Assembly (NCBI GenBank): GCA_012295275.1
Contig: CM022675.1
Location: 1,798,001 to 1,862,000 of the forward strand
Origin: Chrysomallon squamiferum
Lineage: Eukaryota > Animalia > Mollusca
Direction of reading: 5' to 3'
DNA: 64,000 nt
The notes below the pieces were generated by a model. The model had not been told where the DNA came from, searched no databases, and worked only from the letters and a program-made list of their open reading frames with translations. Made by a program: the position numbers and the translations under genes. Positions 39,665-55,277 of the stretch are shown one piece after another. Within the stretch, counting starts at the first letter, position 1; the number at the start of each line of letters is the position of its first letter.

Positions 39665-40025
39665 ATTATATCTATATGCATTATAATAATGCATGTTTAT
39701 TTACGCATGTATGTATGCCTACGTGTGCCTAAGTATCTGTCCATATATACGCAAGTGGTTTATGTAAATTTCTGTTTATGTTAGTGGGTATAAGTGTGTG
39801 AATGTGTATGTTTCTGTGTGTTTATATGACTACACAATCGAGTATAAATGTAGTATAATAAATACAGTTTGGATATGTCAGTAAATTGAAAGAGAATTTT
39901 GTGCTCTACCTTTAAGGTTAAAATCAGTCAGAAACTCCTAAACGTCTGTTAGTTGATGCGAGACAAGTGAAGGAAAACAGCGAGTGTTGTTGTGAGTGCG
40001 GAGTACTAGTCTAGACAGACAGACA

Positions 40026-40077
<52 letters not shown>

Positions 40078-42826
40078 GAATACAAGCCAACAAACAGCAA
40101 GCCATACACGACCAGTGAAGCATTTTCTTAGAGCAGTAGACGCGAGATGTCTCGAGGTAAAACTGTTTGTATGTCTAACAAAAACTACAAGATTCGATGT
40201 ATTATTATCTACACACAAATGAGAGACTTGCAATTGTAACACCTGCAAGAGTTAGGTAATCTTAAGACGATGTTTTAGTCTATTTTCTTAATATTTTCTT
40301 AAACACAGTTACAAATATCTGAAAAGTGTCAGCTTGTGTCTCAAAAATAAATAAATAAATAAATAAACTAATCACAAAAAGTATCACAGAGAATTAACAT
40401 ATAATAATAAAATGAATTGAAAATAATAAAACAATACCGCTAAAATGAAATGGAATAGAATATACTGAAATTAACAACAATAACAAACTGAAAAACAGAG
40501 GTATAGATAGACACACAGAAAACAGATGTACAAAGAAGCAGATAGATGCATAGATGTATCCACTGAAATAGTGTAGGTTGGTAGGTAGGTGGGTACTCAA
40601 GCATGAAAAATAAAAAAAATGTCATTCAAAATTATCACACATAAAGAAATAAGTTATGGAGGAAAATGTCAAGATGATTTCCAAACACAAGTGACTGAGA
40701 GTGAATGTTTCATTGTATTTGAAGGTTAAATAAATCAGCTTTGCTGTAAAACGGGAATCAAAGAAATCTACGATCTATTTTTGGACATCCATAAAACAAA
40801 TAAAACTGCTCAAAAGTGTCATAATATTTAGAGAGAGAGAGAGAGAGAGAATCGCAGTACTAATATGGTAAATATATAAATAACACAGATACATTTAGAC
40901 TAAGGTAAAGTAGAATAAAATAGAAGAGAAGAGAAGAGAATAAATAAACTATTTTTGTTGTACTGATCCTTTTTTATATTTCCTCTGTGTTTGGCAAACA
41001 ATGTTTTATTTTTCTTCAAACTAAAAGTGATAAAATGCAACAAAAATAAAATAAAATAATATAAAATAATAAATACAAATATATTACTCACTAATGTGGC
41101 TGAAACAATGTGTAAAAATAAATTAATAACTAATAAACTTTTCCACTTGAAATAATATCACAAAACAGAGTACATATTAACAGATACATTCAAGTATTAA
41201 TTCTTTGTTCTGTACTGTGATGTTAACTGACTGTTTACACCATTCGTCTGAAAATACAATTTCGTGTCATCTCGTAATCCCCGCTACGATAAGATGTGTT
41301 TTCTTTACTCTGTAATCAAACATCAGAAGATTTAATTATGACAAAACTTTATTTATTGTCGTGTTGTTAACTGACTGTTTACATGAAATGTCTGGAAGCT
41401 CTCAGAGACAGTCTGTGTATTGACTTATGTCACTGTAACATTCCTAATCTGCACTTTTAGAAAGAAAACAATGAGAAAAGACGTTATATAAGTATATAAG
41501 TATATAAATATATATTGCCATACATTCACTGGTCCAAAATGAGTCTTAGTATTAACATTAATGTTTATGTAGCAGTAGTAGTAGTGGTTGTAGCAGTAGT
41601 AGTAGCAGCAGTAAGTGTAGCAGCACTGTGTACATAATATACATTTCCTGACGTATCACACATACAAATCATAAAATTAGTGACTTCTACATTTATTGAA
41701 GTAAAATACACACACACACACACACACAGACACACACACAAACACACATATACATATATGGAAATGCGAGTTGAACGTACCTTGTTATTGTAACACTCTA
41801 ACCTTTTCCTCGCTTACACTGTGTGAAGTGTTGGGAAGAAATGTAAAAATCTGTATTAAGTGGAGCTTTTCACTATTTTTGTGATAAGAAAAAAAAGATT
41901 GCTTCAATGCATCACCGACTTTAAATCATATGTCATGTGAAGTCATAACTACTGTAAACAAACATTTCTTGTTTTCTTTTATTATTATTATTATTATTAT
42001 TGGGATTTTTTTTTTAGTTCTTTATTTCTTGTTTGGCTGATTTCTTGGTCAAATTTATGACGAAGGAAATCACGAGAATGAATTATTTGTATGATAAAAG
42101 AGGTAAGCAAGTTTAAAGAGAACACAAACTTGTCTGATTGTATAAAACACGATTAAATGCACGTACGTCAATCATTTAGTGTTTTCTACCTGTATTCCCT
42201 TTTAAAAATAGATATCTTTTAAAGCTGTAATAGTCATATCTAAATCTTATAATCTTTGTGTTATTTAATTTGGTAAATTATGTGTTTAGTGTTGAGTAAG
42301 TGAGAATTCTAAATTTAACTCATTTGTTCTTAAAGATAAATTTGAAAGGTTTTATTTAATTGCTAATTTATTTCTGACTTAGTGGAAATTATATATTTAT
42401 CTCATGTTTTAATTTTGAATAAGTGAGAACGATTTTTATTCACAACACTAAAACAGAAATGCACCTAAATAAACACACACGCACATAGACGCACACAAAG
42501 CTGATATTTATAGATATATGTATGTATGTATGTATAGTAATAAAATCTTAATGATACAGATAACGACTGGCGACGTGTCGAGGATAATCTGTTTGTGTTC
42601 GTAGAATAAAAGGTACAAGAACCGAGGTATTACGCACAATTTTACGTATAATGTACGGAAATCTTACACAAAATTGCATGTATAATATACATGGGCGACA
42701 GACCTCATAGAAGCTAAGTGATTTCAACACAACTCCAAGATGACATTTATATAATGCCCACAAAATGGGGCGTTTCTCTAAACAAACAAACAAACAAACA
42801 AACAAATAAATAAAAATAAAAAAAAA

Positions 42827-42857
<31 letters not shown>

Positions 42858-43471
42858 AATGCTACTACTACTACTACTACTACTATTACTACTAATGTTA
42901 CTACTACTACCACTACCACTACTACTACTGCTGATACTACTCTTTCTACTGCTACTACTACTACTACTACTAATATTACTACTACTACTAATAATAATGA
43001 TAACACTTTATCTTCTATTACTTCTGTTATTAATACATCTATTACAACTACTATTTTTACTGTTATACCTACTACATCTATGAATGCTGCTGTCATTACT
43101 TCTACTCCTACTACAACTACTAGAGCTAGCACTACTGGATATAGTCATACATGACTAAACAACGACTTAGGAGACGAGTTAGAAACAAAGACTGTGACAC
43201 AGACTTTACACGTATAATGAAAGACATTGTGGAGGACAGTCTCAAGATAAAGTATTACAGATATGTCCGCGGATGCAGATTTCAATGTGTTTCAGTTTGA
43301 TTTATGATAAATTATTCTGTACTTTAAGAAAGAAAACATATAGAAAATGCCTTTTATACGAACAGTTATAATATATATTGACAGACCTAAATGAGTATTA
43401 GAATTAGCATTAGTGTTAGAATCAATCGTAATAGTAGTAGTAGTAGTAGAAGTAATAACAGAATGTAAAGA

Positions 43472-43524
<53 letters not shown>

Positions 43525-43883
43525 TAGTAGTAGTAGTAGTAATGCATTCAAATGCGTACAAACATATTCATTGAAATGTTTCCGTGAACCTACCTTGTTT
43601 CTTGTGACACTCAGAAATGAAGCTTTGTCCTCACTTACACAGTTCTTGTTCTGTTTGTTCCTGCAGATGTTTCTTTCTCTACCTCATTGTCGTTTCGTAT
43701 AATTTGATATTTTAATTAGTTATTTTTCTGTTTGCTATGTATTTACTTGTATGATATTTTGTTAGGGTTAACGCACTTTTTTCTCTGCTTTCAGCTTCCA
43801 GTCAATATATTTGTCTGTGTAACTTATTTGTATTAATTTTGTTTTCACTATAACTATTAATGTTTCGTTTTAATACGAAATAC

Positions 43884-43934
<51 letters not shown>

Positions 43935-43959
43935 GTAGTAATAATAATAATAATAATAA

Positions 43960-43990
<31 letters not shown>

Positions 43991-44529
43991 AAGAAGAAGA
44001 AGAAGAAGAAGAAGAAGAAGAAAGATAAATTTGCATATTTAACGCCTCGAATTTGACTTCGACATGCTGCTAATGTCCACACAGAGTAAAACAAAAAAAA
44101 AGAAAAAAAAAGAAAACGAAGAACTTAGAAAGAAAAAAAAATAATAAAAAACCAAAAAAGATACACACTTTATTTATTTTCTACAGAGTATTAACATCAA
44201 CAAAACTGACAGTTACTGTGTAATATACAGTACATTGATTTTCCATTAACTCTTTTTTTTTCGGGCATACATTTCGATGTGAATGGCATAAAAAGCGAAG
44301 TCGTATTATATATAACTCCTGACATAGTGCTGACATACTTTTACACTTAAAATGAAACTAAAACTGTTTACACTTTTATACTTATAATATAACTAAATCT
44401 TAGATAAACATTATAGGTACTCACATACTTTTTTACTTATAATAAAAATAATATTACATAAACAATAAAGGTATATGTATGTATGTTTGTATGTATGAAT
44501 CTGCGTGTGAGTATATATGGGTGTATGCA

Positions 44530-45200
<671 letters not shown>

Positions 45201-45477
45201 CGTATGTTTGTGCATTTGTGTGAATGCGTGCGTTTGTGTTTTTTCGATAATGGTTGCTTCTTTACGCATGCAGCTATGCGTACGAGTGGTTAGTTGTCTG
45301 TTCATACATACGTGTGTGGTTTATGTGAGTATATTTGTGTTTATATTTGATCGACTAAGAGTGTGAATGATGTGTTTCTGTGTTTAAATGAACACACAAA
45401 TGAGTATCAGTGCACGATAATAAATACTGTTTCGGCGACTGAGATTGACTCAGAAACACTAAAACGTCTGTGTGTTC

Positions 45478-45825
45478 ATGCGTGACAAGTGAAGGAATAG
45501 AGTAACTTTTGTGAGAGTACCAGTCTAGATGTGCAGTGATGTATTACACGTGTTTTAATGTTTGTTGATGCGTGACAAGTGAAGGAATAGAGTAACTTTT
45601 GTGAGAGTACCAGTCTAGATGTGCAGTGATGTATTACACGTGTTTTAGTGTTTGTTGATGCGTGACAAGTGAAGGAATAGAGTAACTGTTGTGAGAGTAC
45701 CAGTCTAGATGTGCAGTGATGTATTACACGTGTTTTAATGTTTGTTGATGCGTGACAAGTGAAGGAATAGAGTAACTTTTGTGAGAGTACCAGTCTAGAT
45801 GTGCAGTGATGTATTACACATGTTT
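45478..45825. repeat. Tandem array of 90-bp units, 4 copies, related to the 38.7-kb array
   Basis: CGTGACAAGTGAAGGAATAGAG at 45481, 45571, 45661, 45751. Confidence 0.93.
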
Positions 45826-45951
45826 GTAGAGGTTTGTTATCTTAGTCACAGAGATGCCAAATCAGTTTTCTCATTTCTTAATTATTATTTTTTTTTAAAT
45901 CCATTAAATTTTCACGTGAAAGGTTTCAGCGGCATTTATCAAGAAAATTAC

Positions 45952-46014
<63 letters not shown>

Positions 46015-46089
46015 TTATTTTTTTCTTAAATAATTAAATAAAATTTTAAAAAAAATAAGATAAACATACCACGCAGTAGGATGAACAAA

Positions 46090-46131
<42 letters not shown>

Positions 46132-47997
46132 CATAATAGAAACGTTGAAAATATATTGATAAACGACTGATTTCCAATCAGTTCTGGTTCGCTCTATGTT
46201 TTTCTTATATAAATATGATAAACAAGACAGTGGATACATTGGGAAATCATAGACAGCTTCAGTAGAATTATAAATAATCTGCATTATTATATGTCGATCT
46301 CTTTGAGGACCACAAGACTGTGACAGAATTTCTTTTAAAGTTTTAATACAATGGCTAGCGTAAAGCTTGTATCTTGCTAAGGTACTTCTTAATGAAAAAT
46401 TGTGACTTTCATTCCTTTGACTTTTTCCCCTATATTCAATTATTCATATGGAGAGAAAATTTGATTTTAGATCAGTGGACAAAAGCAAGAATAAAATAAA
46501 ATACAGGAATCAGTGAATTACAGGGATAGATAGGTAAATAGACAGATAGACAGACAGGAGATAGATAGCTAGCCAGATAGATAGATAGATAAATACACAC
46601 ATATATATAGATACATAGATACATAGAGATAGATAGAGAAAGGTATAGATAAATAACAAAATCGACAAATAGATATTTCTCAGAAATGGTATGAACAATA
46701 TGGAGAAATGAGTTTGTACAACACGATTCTGACATAGATGGATGTAGTTTATATATTCTTGTGTGTGTGTCCGTGTGTATGTGTGTTTGTGTATATATTT
46801 GCATACACACAATACTAATTCAAATAATAATAAAATGAGATAAATAAGTAAAAATATTAATAAAAGTTAAAATATGATTTATGTACGTCTGTGTGTTAAA
46901 ATTGTTTACAATAATAATTCTCACTTGTTAGACATGAGAATAAACATGTTAAAAAAAAGAATTTAAATAAATATCTTGAATGATGCATCTGCAGAAACGT
47001 ATACATATATTTTATACTATATTAAGCTACCCTCGTCACAGTAATAAAAATATAGCAAATACTAATGGCTGATAGATATTTTTAAAAACAAACAATTTTT
47101 TATTTTGAATAGTGTAGACACATTCATCTGAAAATACAATTTCGTGTCACACGCTAACACCTACAGATATAATATCTATCTTAGTTGTTTTTTGTAATAT
47201 CAAGCCTAAGTTAACATTGTAATTTATTTTGAAAGTATCTCAGTGCAATCTCTGAAAGCTCTCACAAGAAAGAGGTCGGAGTTTATAGACAACTTCAAGA
47301 TGATCAGACAGGCGTGAAAACAGACGTCTTTTTTTTCTTATTTTCTTTTTATTTTTGCTTATTAATATAGTCACTCAGGTTACTCCTTTTAAGTTTGTCT
47401 TGATGGCGGAACGGTAATGTCGTCCGCCTTCGGAGTGCGGGAGAATGGGCACCATACGTTCGTGTCTCGTCAGCGACATCGTATGAGGTTTGTGAGGTGT
47501 GACTAATTCAGTAGTAAAATAGTCAAGTATAGAATGTCACTGCGAGCTTTAAAAATAAAACCCTAAGCTACATTTTAAAACGACGCTCTGCACATTATTA
47601 TATATATATATATGTTAGGAATAAACAAAACAAAAACTATAAGTAAATATTTGGATAATGCAGCTACGGGGACGAATACATATTTTTATACCTATTTAAG
47701 ATGCTTTCGTTAGAGAAATCAAATAGTAACAAAGATCACTGGCTGAGAGATATATATAATAAATAAGTTGTTTTTTTGTATTGGTATATGCTTAATTGAC
47801 CTGAAAATACAACTCCGTGTACCACCCTAACACCCGCAGAAATAATATCTATCTCAGAGCATTTCTTTTTCACTCTATAGAAATCAGAGGCATGCAATAT
47901 CAAGCTTAATTTAACGTCGTAATTTATTTTGAAAGTTATTCAGTGCATGTCTGAAAGCTCTCACAATCTGTGTAGAACGTATATTATGTGATAACAA

Positions 47998-48047
<50 letters not shown>

Positions 48048-49137
48048 TTTAACTTTAAAATTAACACTTTTGGTAAATAAAATAAAATATACAGTAGTAA
48101 TATCAGTACCATTAGAGACAGTAGTAGTAGAGTTATTAGTGGTAATAGTAATAGTAGTTGCTGTTCTGGTAGCAATAGGCATATTAGTCACAACAGTATT
48201 AGTATCAGTTATAATTGTAGCATGCTGGTTATTTTAGTACTGCTGGTAAAAGTGTTTGGAGTTGAAATCGTCATTTTAGTATTATAATTAGTAGTTAGTC
48301 ATAGAACTGGCAGAATGACAAATGGTAGGAGTAGGATTAGTGGTAGCTGTAGTATTCGAAATAATTGTTGCAGTAAAAATAACGAACAAATAGCAACGCA
48401 TACACAACCACTAAACCCTATCCGTAGAGCAGTAGATGTGAGATGTCTCGAGGTGAAACTGTTTGTGTGACTCTAACAAAAACTACAAGAATCGATGTAT
48501 TATTTATTATCTAAGCACAAATAGGAGACTAACTCTCGTAACACCTGGATGAGTTTATGCAATCTTAGTAGGATGTTTTAGTCTCCTGTGTTAATATTTT
48601 CTTAAACAGAGTTAAAAGTATAACTGTATAGTATCTTCTGCTTCTGTCTTAAAACACAAAAACATATATAAATAAAATAAAATAAATTGAAACGAAGAAA
48701 CAAAAAACTAATGGTAATATTAATACTAGTTCTACTTCTAATAAAAATAACATAATATCTATATATATATATATTGACGGTAAACCATGTTGTTGTTTTT
48801 CTATCTTACGTAGTAGGGCCCTTAGCTATACCCTAATACGTCCTCGTTCAAGAGGTGGAAATGTTCTTAGAGATAGGTGTTTCTTTAACTTAGGAAGTTG
48901 GTCGTAACTTATGTACTAAGCTACGGATCGCAATTTAGTTTATACGTACTTGTAGTATTCGCTGGCAGCTATTTTTTATTTACTTATTACAAGATTCTTT
49001 ATTGTCGTACTATTAAGATACAGTTGTTGAAAATGTATATACGAAACCCACTATTCTTGATATTACTATTGTAAATGTAACACATAATTGCAGATGAATT
49101 ATTTTGTTTGATAGTTAAAACAGAAAAGTTGAACTGT

Positions 49138-49288
49138 ACTGTTTCAGAGTTAACAATTGAATGTTGGAATGTTGTGTTTCACAGTTAAAAATGAAATGTT
49201 GAAATGTTGTTTCAGAGTTAAAAACAAAATGTTGAAATGTTGTTTCAGAGTTAAAAACAAAATGTTGAAATGTTGTGTTTCACAGTTG
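49138..49288. repeat. 33-35-bp minisatellite abutting the RhoGAP exon acceptor
   Basis: TGTTTCA(G/C)AGTTAA..AATGTTG(A/G)AATGT repeated about 4.5 times. Confidence 0.85.
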
Positions 49289-49461
49289 CGGAGATGAAGG
49301 AGAAGACGACGATGAGTGCTGAGAACCTGGCTATCGTGTTTGCGCCGACGTTGATGAGGCCGCTTGAAACAGACCCCATGATCAGTCTGATGGCTGCCAA
49401 GTTTGAACAGAAAGTCATAGAACTGATGCTTCTCAACTACAAAGATATATTTTCTAAATGA
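49286..49461 (+). CDS. Terminal exon of a RhoGAP-domain gene, chimaerin-like
   Basis: AEMKEKTTMSAENLAIVFAPTLMRPLETDPMISLMAAKFEQKVIELMLLNYKDIFSK*. It carries the RhoGAP M..NLAIVF.PTL motif and the protein ends right after the domain, as in chimaerins. Acceptor CAG at 49283-49285; followed by unique UTR-like sequence. Confidence 0.8.
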
Positions 49462-51649
49462 CTGACTGACCATTGGTCAGTTTTGCTTCAGTTTCATTTC
49501 AGGTCAGTTCTACTCAGAACAGCATTAAATTAAAAAGATGTGTCTAGATCAGAAGATCTTACTTTGTTTGATCTTTCAACTGAACTCACTTAAAGTAACA
49601 CTGAAAGACAAGTTTTCTGTAATGTCAAAACAGAAATGATTACTATTTGTAACGTTTCAACACAAAATGATAATTTTATGTTCAGACTATTGATAAAAAA
49701 AATAATAGTGGCATTTGTAATTTTGATATTAATTAATGCAATGTTTCAGATATGAGGACATTTATATTATGTTTCAAATCATATGGTTACATTATTTTTT
49801 TAACAAAAATTGTTACATCTAGTTAATGGAATGTCATAGTAGAGCATTTCAAGTAAAAATCATTATTATTAATTGGTGTAATACTTGGATACTAATAAGG
49901 AATATTATTTAATAATATTTTTCAACAGATCAGAGAAACAGTGTTTTTTCCTTATAATGTAACATCAGAATATTTTAACAAACTGTAGAACTGATAAAGC
50001 TAATGTAATTTTACAACATTTTAACAAAATGTGGAACTGATAAAGCTAATGTAATTTTACAACATTTTAACAAACTGGGTGATTGATGGATTTTAGAGTC
50101 TGGAGTGTTACACAGTTTCAAACACAGCAGTTAACATGCAGGTAACATAAGCCAAAGATGAAGAGCATTCGACATTTGTTTATCACTGATTGTTGTAACT
50201 CTGTTGTATCAAGAAACTGTTTCTCTTTTAAATCTTTGATATAACTGTTGTAACAGTACACAGTGTCAGCTTGGAAGCTTACAATAATAAAACTTATATA
50301 ATTTGTTCAGATTATTTCAGCAAGTTACCGAGTATACACAAACTGAAGAAGCTGATTCAAGTATATATCTGTACAATTAAATTTTCGCAGTATATTTTCT
50401 ATGATTTCAGACTGTTTTTTTACTTAGCTTTGCTAATAACAAAATATAATTATAAAATAACAGACTTGAAAACAATCAGTGGCACCTGACATATTCTCTT
50501 TTGTGGTGACATCAATTTTCAAACTGAATAATAAAACTGGATACTCAATGAAACCAGGAATATTCTCAACCCTCATAGACCTTTTATTCATTTAATGATT
50601 TTTATATATACAGATATATATATATATATATATATAAAGTATAAAAGTATAAAGTATAAAAAGGCATATATATATATATATATATGCCTTTTTATTCTTT
50701 GATATTTTATTGGTAGCACATATGAAGACAATAGATTATTATTATTACTACTATTATTATTATTTTTTTTAATTTATATTTTTATTATTATTATTATTAT
50801 TGTTGTTGTTGTTGTTGCAGTAGTTATTATATTTATTTATTTATTTACTTTATTTTATTATTTTTATTTATTTTATTATTTTTTGTTTCAGAACTTTAAA
50901 ATTCGGGAAAAAACTCCGTTAATACAGCAGTGTTATAATGAAGTTTTAATAATTTCTGATGTTAACAATGTCCTTTTCTAATAAACTGTGAAACCTGATA
51001 GAATTAACATTTTATTTTTAAAATATCAGTAAAAGTATTTACATTAGTGTTAATATGGATGTTTCATCTGATATCAAGATTTGTTTCAAACTAGACTGGT
51101 ACATGATGCTGTTAAGAAGAGTTGTTTACAGCTAGACTGGTACTTAACATTGTTATCATGATTTGTTTACTGCTAGACTGGTACATACCAATGTTAACAA
51201 TATTTTATTTTCACTTAGACTGGTATATACACTGTTCACAATATTTGTGTACACCCAGACTGATACATACTACTATTAACATGTTTTATTCTTTATTAAC
51301 AAGTGGACTGCTACATATGACAGTTCTGGATATATTATGTTAAACAATAATGTAAGTTAGCTTGTTTGTGTCACTGCAGTGTAACTTATTCTCTGTTTCA
51401 TATTTTTAGTATTCTTTTGTATAACTTTTTGAAATGAATACATTTACAAAAGTACTTATGACTGTTTTTGTTATTCTTGTTGTACTTTTGTTAGATAAGA
51501 GAAAAAAAAGATCTGTATAATATCACACATACAGTCCTTTTGAAAAGCAGCAAAGCACAATATTGATAGAATCTAAACATGTTTCAGAATGCTAAATTAA
51601 ATGACATCTCTATTTCCAAATTTGACTATAACGTGAAATGTTTCTTTTT

Positions 51650-51684
<35 letters not shown>

Positions 51685-53189
51685 TATAATAATAATAAAA
51701 TTAAAAAATAAATTAAAAAAGCCCTGTCTGATATGGATTCTTTCTCTGCAGGAGTTAGGATGATGAAGTGAAGTTGTATTTTCAGATAAGTGGTGTGTGC
51801 ACTACACAGAGTAATACGTTAATTCTTGAGTACATCTATCAACTCGTCATATTTGTTTGATTTCTTTGGAGAGAAAAGTTTAGAAAAGGTGCGTCAGTTC
51901 TTTCATCCACATCATATAGCTCTCTATTTTGTGTCAAAACAATCTGAGAGAGAAAAGTGAAGTTTAAAAACAATTTAACAAAAAAAATGAAAAAGGCTGA
52001 AGTAGTTTTGTCTAGAGCTGCATTAGACGTGGACTGTGAGTGCTGGGTGGAGCACAGACAGATTTCATCTACTAGTAATTTTGTGCTTTGCTAAAATGTC
52101 CACTATTGTTTAGTTTATCTTCCTGTCTCATAATGACAGGATCTGTAAAGGGAAAAGTGTAGGCACAAACACAAACACACACACGCACACACACATGCAC
52201 ACACATACACACACACACACACACACGCATACGCACACACACAACAACATGACACAACAGAAACATTGTAGGAAGTAACGAAGTTATTTCCCTTTTTTAT
52301 TTTTACATTTTATTTGTCTAATTTCTCTTTGTAAAAGAGAGATACTGGCTGTAAATGACACAAAGGTTAGTTAGAAGGAACGATTCTGTCTCTTTCTTGT
52401 TATTACTTTTCGGGACATTTTTATCAATTTCTATAATTCCGGCTGGTGAAAGAGAATTACTGGCAATAAATATCACAGAAAGATGAACTAAATCATATTT
52501 AAATGTTTGCACATAGTTAAACTGACCTACTACTACTGTTATTATTATTATTAAGTTGTTTCTTGTCGTTTCCTGCTTGTTCTGTCTTTGTTGTCTTCTC
52601 TGATGTGTTTCTGAATGCACGTATTCGTTCACTGATGACATCTATACTGAAAACTCTTCTCGAAGTGTTTTTTCATCCATTTCCATGAAGTGAAGCTTAT
52701 TTTAGTGAATGGCAATATTTAATCATTATAAAATTATTGTTTGTACTAAATTAATTCAAAATCAAAACTAAAAGAAAGAGAAATGTGATAAATAGATTTT
52801 GTAAAATGAGCATGAACTGGTAACGGTATGGTAAAATGTGGGCAACCACTCTTCACATTAAATATTTCTAAGAACACTGATATTTCCCCTTAGATATTAA
52901 CATCAAGATACAGAAGTGAGTAGACAAGATGCACCAAGTTAAACGGATAGGACAGTACTGTGTGAGAAAACACAATAGAATCGCTGACAAATAGAGATTT
53001 CTTGCAGTCCGGATTGTCGACTGGTCGCGCTTTCACACGATAGCGTTTCTGCCAAATGTCGCTGTGGTTATTCTTTTTCAAAACGTCGTCGTTTATCCAG
53101 TGATTTCAAGAGATAGTGTTGTAGTCGAAATGAGAAATGAAAGTTTTGTTTCGCCTATGACATCAACAATAATATTAGAAAAAACAAAC

Positions 53190-53229
<40 letters not shown>

Positions 53230-54494
53230 CAACAACAACAACAGCAACAATAGCAACAACAGCAGCAACAATAACAACAAAGGAAAGAAACAACAACATA
53301 TAAAACTAAATGATTATTAAAATAACCGATGCAGCACAAACGAAAAAAAAAAAAAAAAAAGGTAATCAAATGAAAAATAATAGAAAAAAAAAAAAAAAAA
53401 TACAAACAATAGACGAGTGAGTTGAATTAATTTCATAATGTCTTAATTTCAACAAGATCCTACATCTCGGAAATGTCAGCATCAACATTCGAAAGTTTCA
53501 ATTTATACGACACCCCGAATCCACGAAACCCCATAAAATACAAATGAGAAGACAATAAATAGTGATAAACAAGAAGTCTAAAACAGTGAGATAATTTGTT
53601 GTCTAACGTAGAGTAATGATAACAATTATATGTACATCAAATTATATCCAAGTAATATTTATAGCTTATTAAAGAAAACAAATTGCAACAAAATCATTTC
53701 TAAAAGCATTTATTAAACCTGTTGAAAATATAATTAAACATAAAATAATCTTTGTTATAATAATAAAGAAACCAAAAAATATATCTTTCGAAAAAATACA
53801 GATGCAAGCTTTACTAGCAGCAGAAGAAGCAAACAAATTAAGTAATACTAATACCATTACGATAATAATAATAATAATAATAATAATCATAAAAATAACA
53901 ACAATATTAACAATAACAATAAATATAATAATAATAATGATAATAATAATACATATAATAATAATAATAATAACAAAGTAAAATAAAAATAAAATATAAG
54001 TGAACAACTAAACTACCAAACGAAAAACAACAAATAAAATAAACAAACAAACAAATTAATAAAGGAGCAATTGAAAGAAAAACAAAATGAGCAAATACTG
54101 CAATAATAGCAAAAAGAAAAGTGAGAGAAAATTAGATCTGAACATTTAGAATTTGTATTCGTTGCCATTCAAAGAAATGTTCATCAAAATAATCACTGTT
54201 ACGCCTTAAACCAGAGAAATTTAATTGCAAGCAAACAAATTAAACCAAACAGTCAGTATATAAACAAAGCAAATAAATAAATAAATAAAAATTGCGAAAA
54301 TAATGATAAAAATAATGAAAAAGGGATAATTACTGAACATCTTTGCTTCTACAGTATATGAACTGTTTCTCAAGTTAATTAAATCTGGTGTTTGTTGAAA
54401 TCTTCCTTCTTCAGACTGGACTTTTAATAATAACAATAATAATAATAATAACAACAACAACAACAACAACGACAACAAGAACAAGATTAATAAC

Positions 54495-54535
<41 letters not shown>

Positions 54536-54569
54536 GAAGGACAACAAGAACAACAATAATAACAACAAC

Positions 54570-54609
<40 letters not shown>

Positions 54610-54782
54610 GACAAGGAAAAAAAATAGTAGGAAAAATAAATGCAAAGCAAAAGCTGAAAACAAAACGTTTTCCTACTATGACAGTTCAAAGAAATAAAGT
54701 ACTGCATGTATTACAAAACAAATTGTGTGCATGATAATAATAATAGTAATAATAATAATGATAATGATAATGATGATAATAA

Positions 54783-54818
<36 letters not shown>

Positions 54819-55089
54819 ATAAATAAATAATTAAATAATAAATAAACTAATTAATTAATAATAGCACTAGCCATGAAATAAAAGATCTAGAAAATAATTA
54901 AATAATAAAAACATAATAATAGATAAAAACAAAGAAAGAAAGAGAGAAAAATAATTACGAAAGTGTAATGCCATTACTTAAATGCAATAAAGTAAAGAAA
55001 TGTTTAAACAAAAGCTGTTTTACGTAAAATTTGGAACATTTTTCAAGTTCAATTTGCTACTACAGTATATGAAATGTTTCTCAAGTTAA

Positions 55090-55277
55090 TTAAATCTGGT
55101 GTTTGTTGAAATCTTCCTTCTTCAGACTGGACTTTTTCTTCCTCAGGAAGACGACCACCACAATACCAATGACAAGTGAGAAGATGATCACCATGACAAC
55201 ACAGAGAACAATCAGAATCGTGGTACTGATATTAACTTGATCAGATCCTTGCTTTTCAGCTGGTTTCTGTGAAATAC
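55090..55277 (-). CDS. copy 3 last exon: TM helix and tail
   Basis: [42 protein letters not shown]. Confidence 0.85.

Noticed and set aside
42548-43132. 194-aa hydrophobic ORF
   Set aside because: It is mostly (TAG)n/(TTTA)n repeat, and the duplicated copies at about 17.2 kb and 36.1 kb do not show an equivalent long ORF.
51720-53110. Possible small minus-strand gene (acceptor-like sites near 51944 and 52143, ORF 52890-53081)
   Set aside because: Frames close quickly, I found no consistent exon chain or recognisable domain, and a non-coding transcript cannot be excluded.
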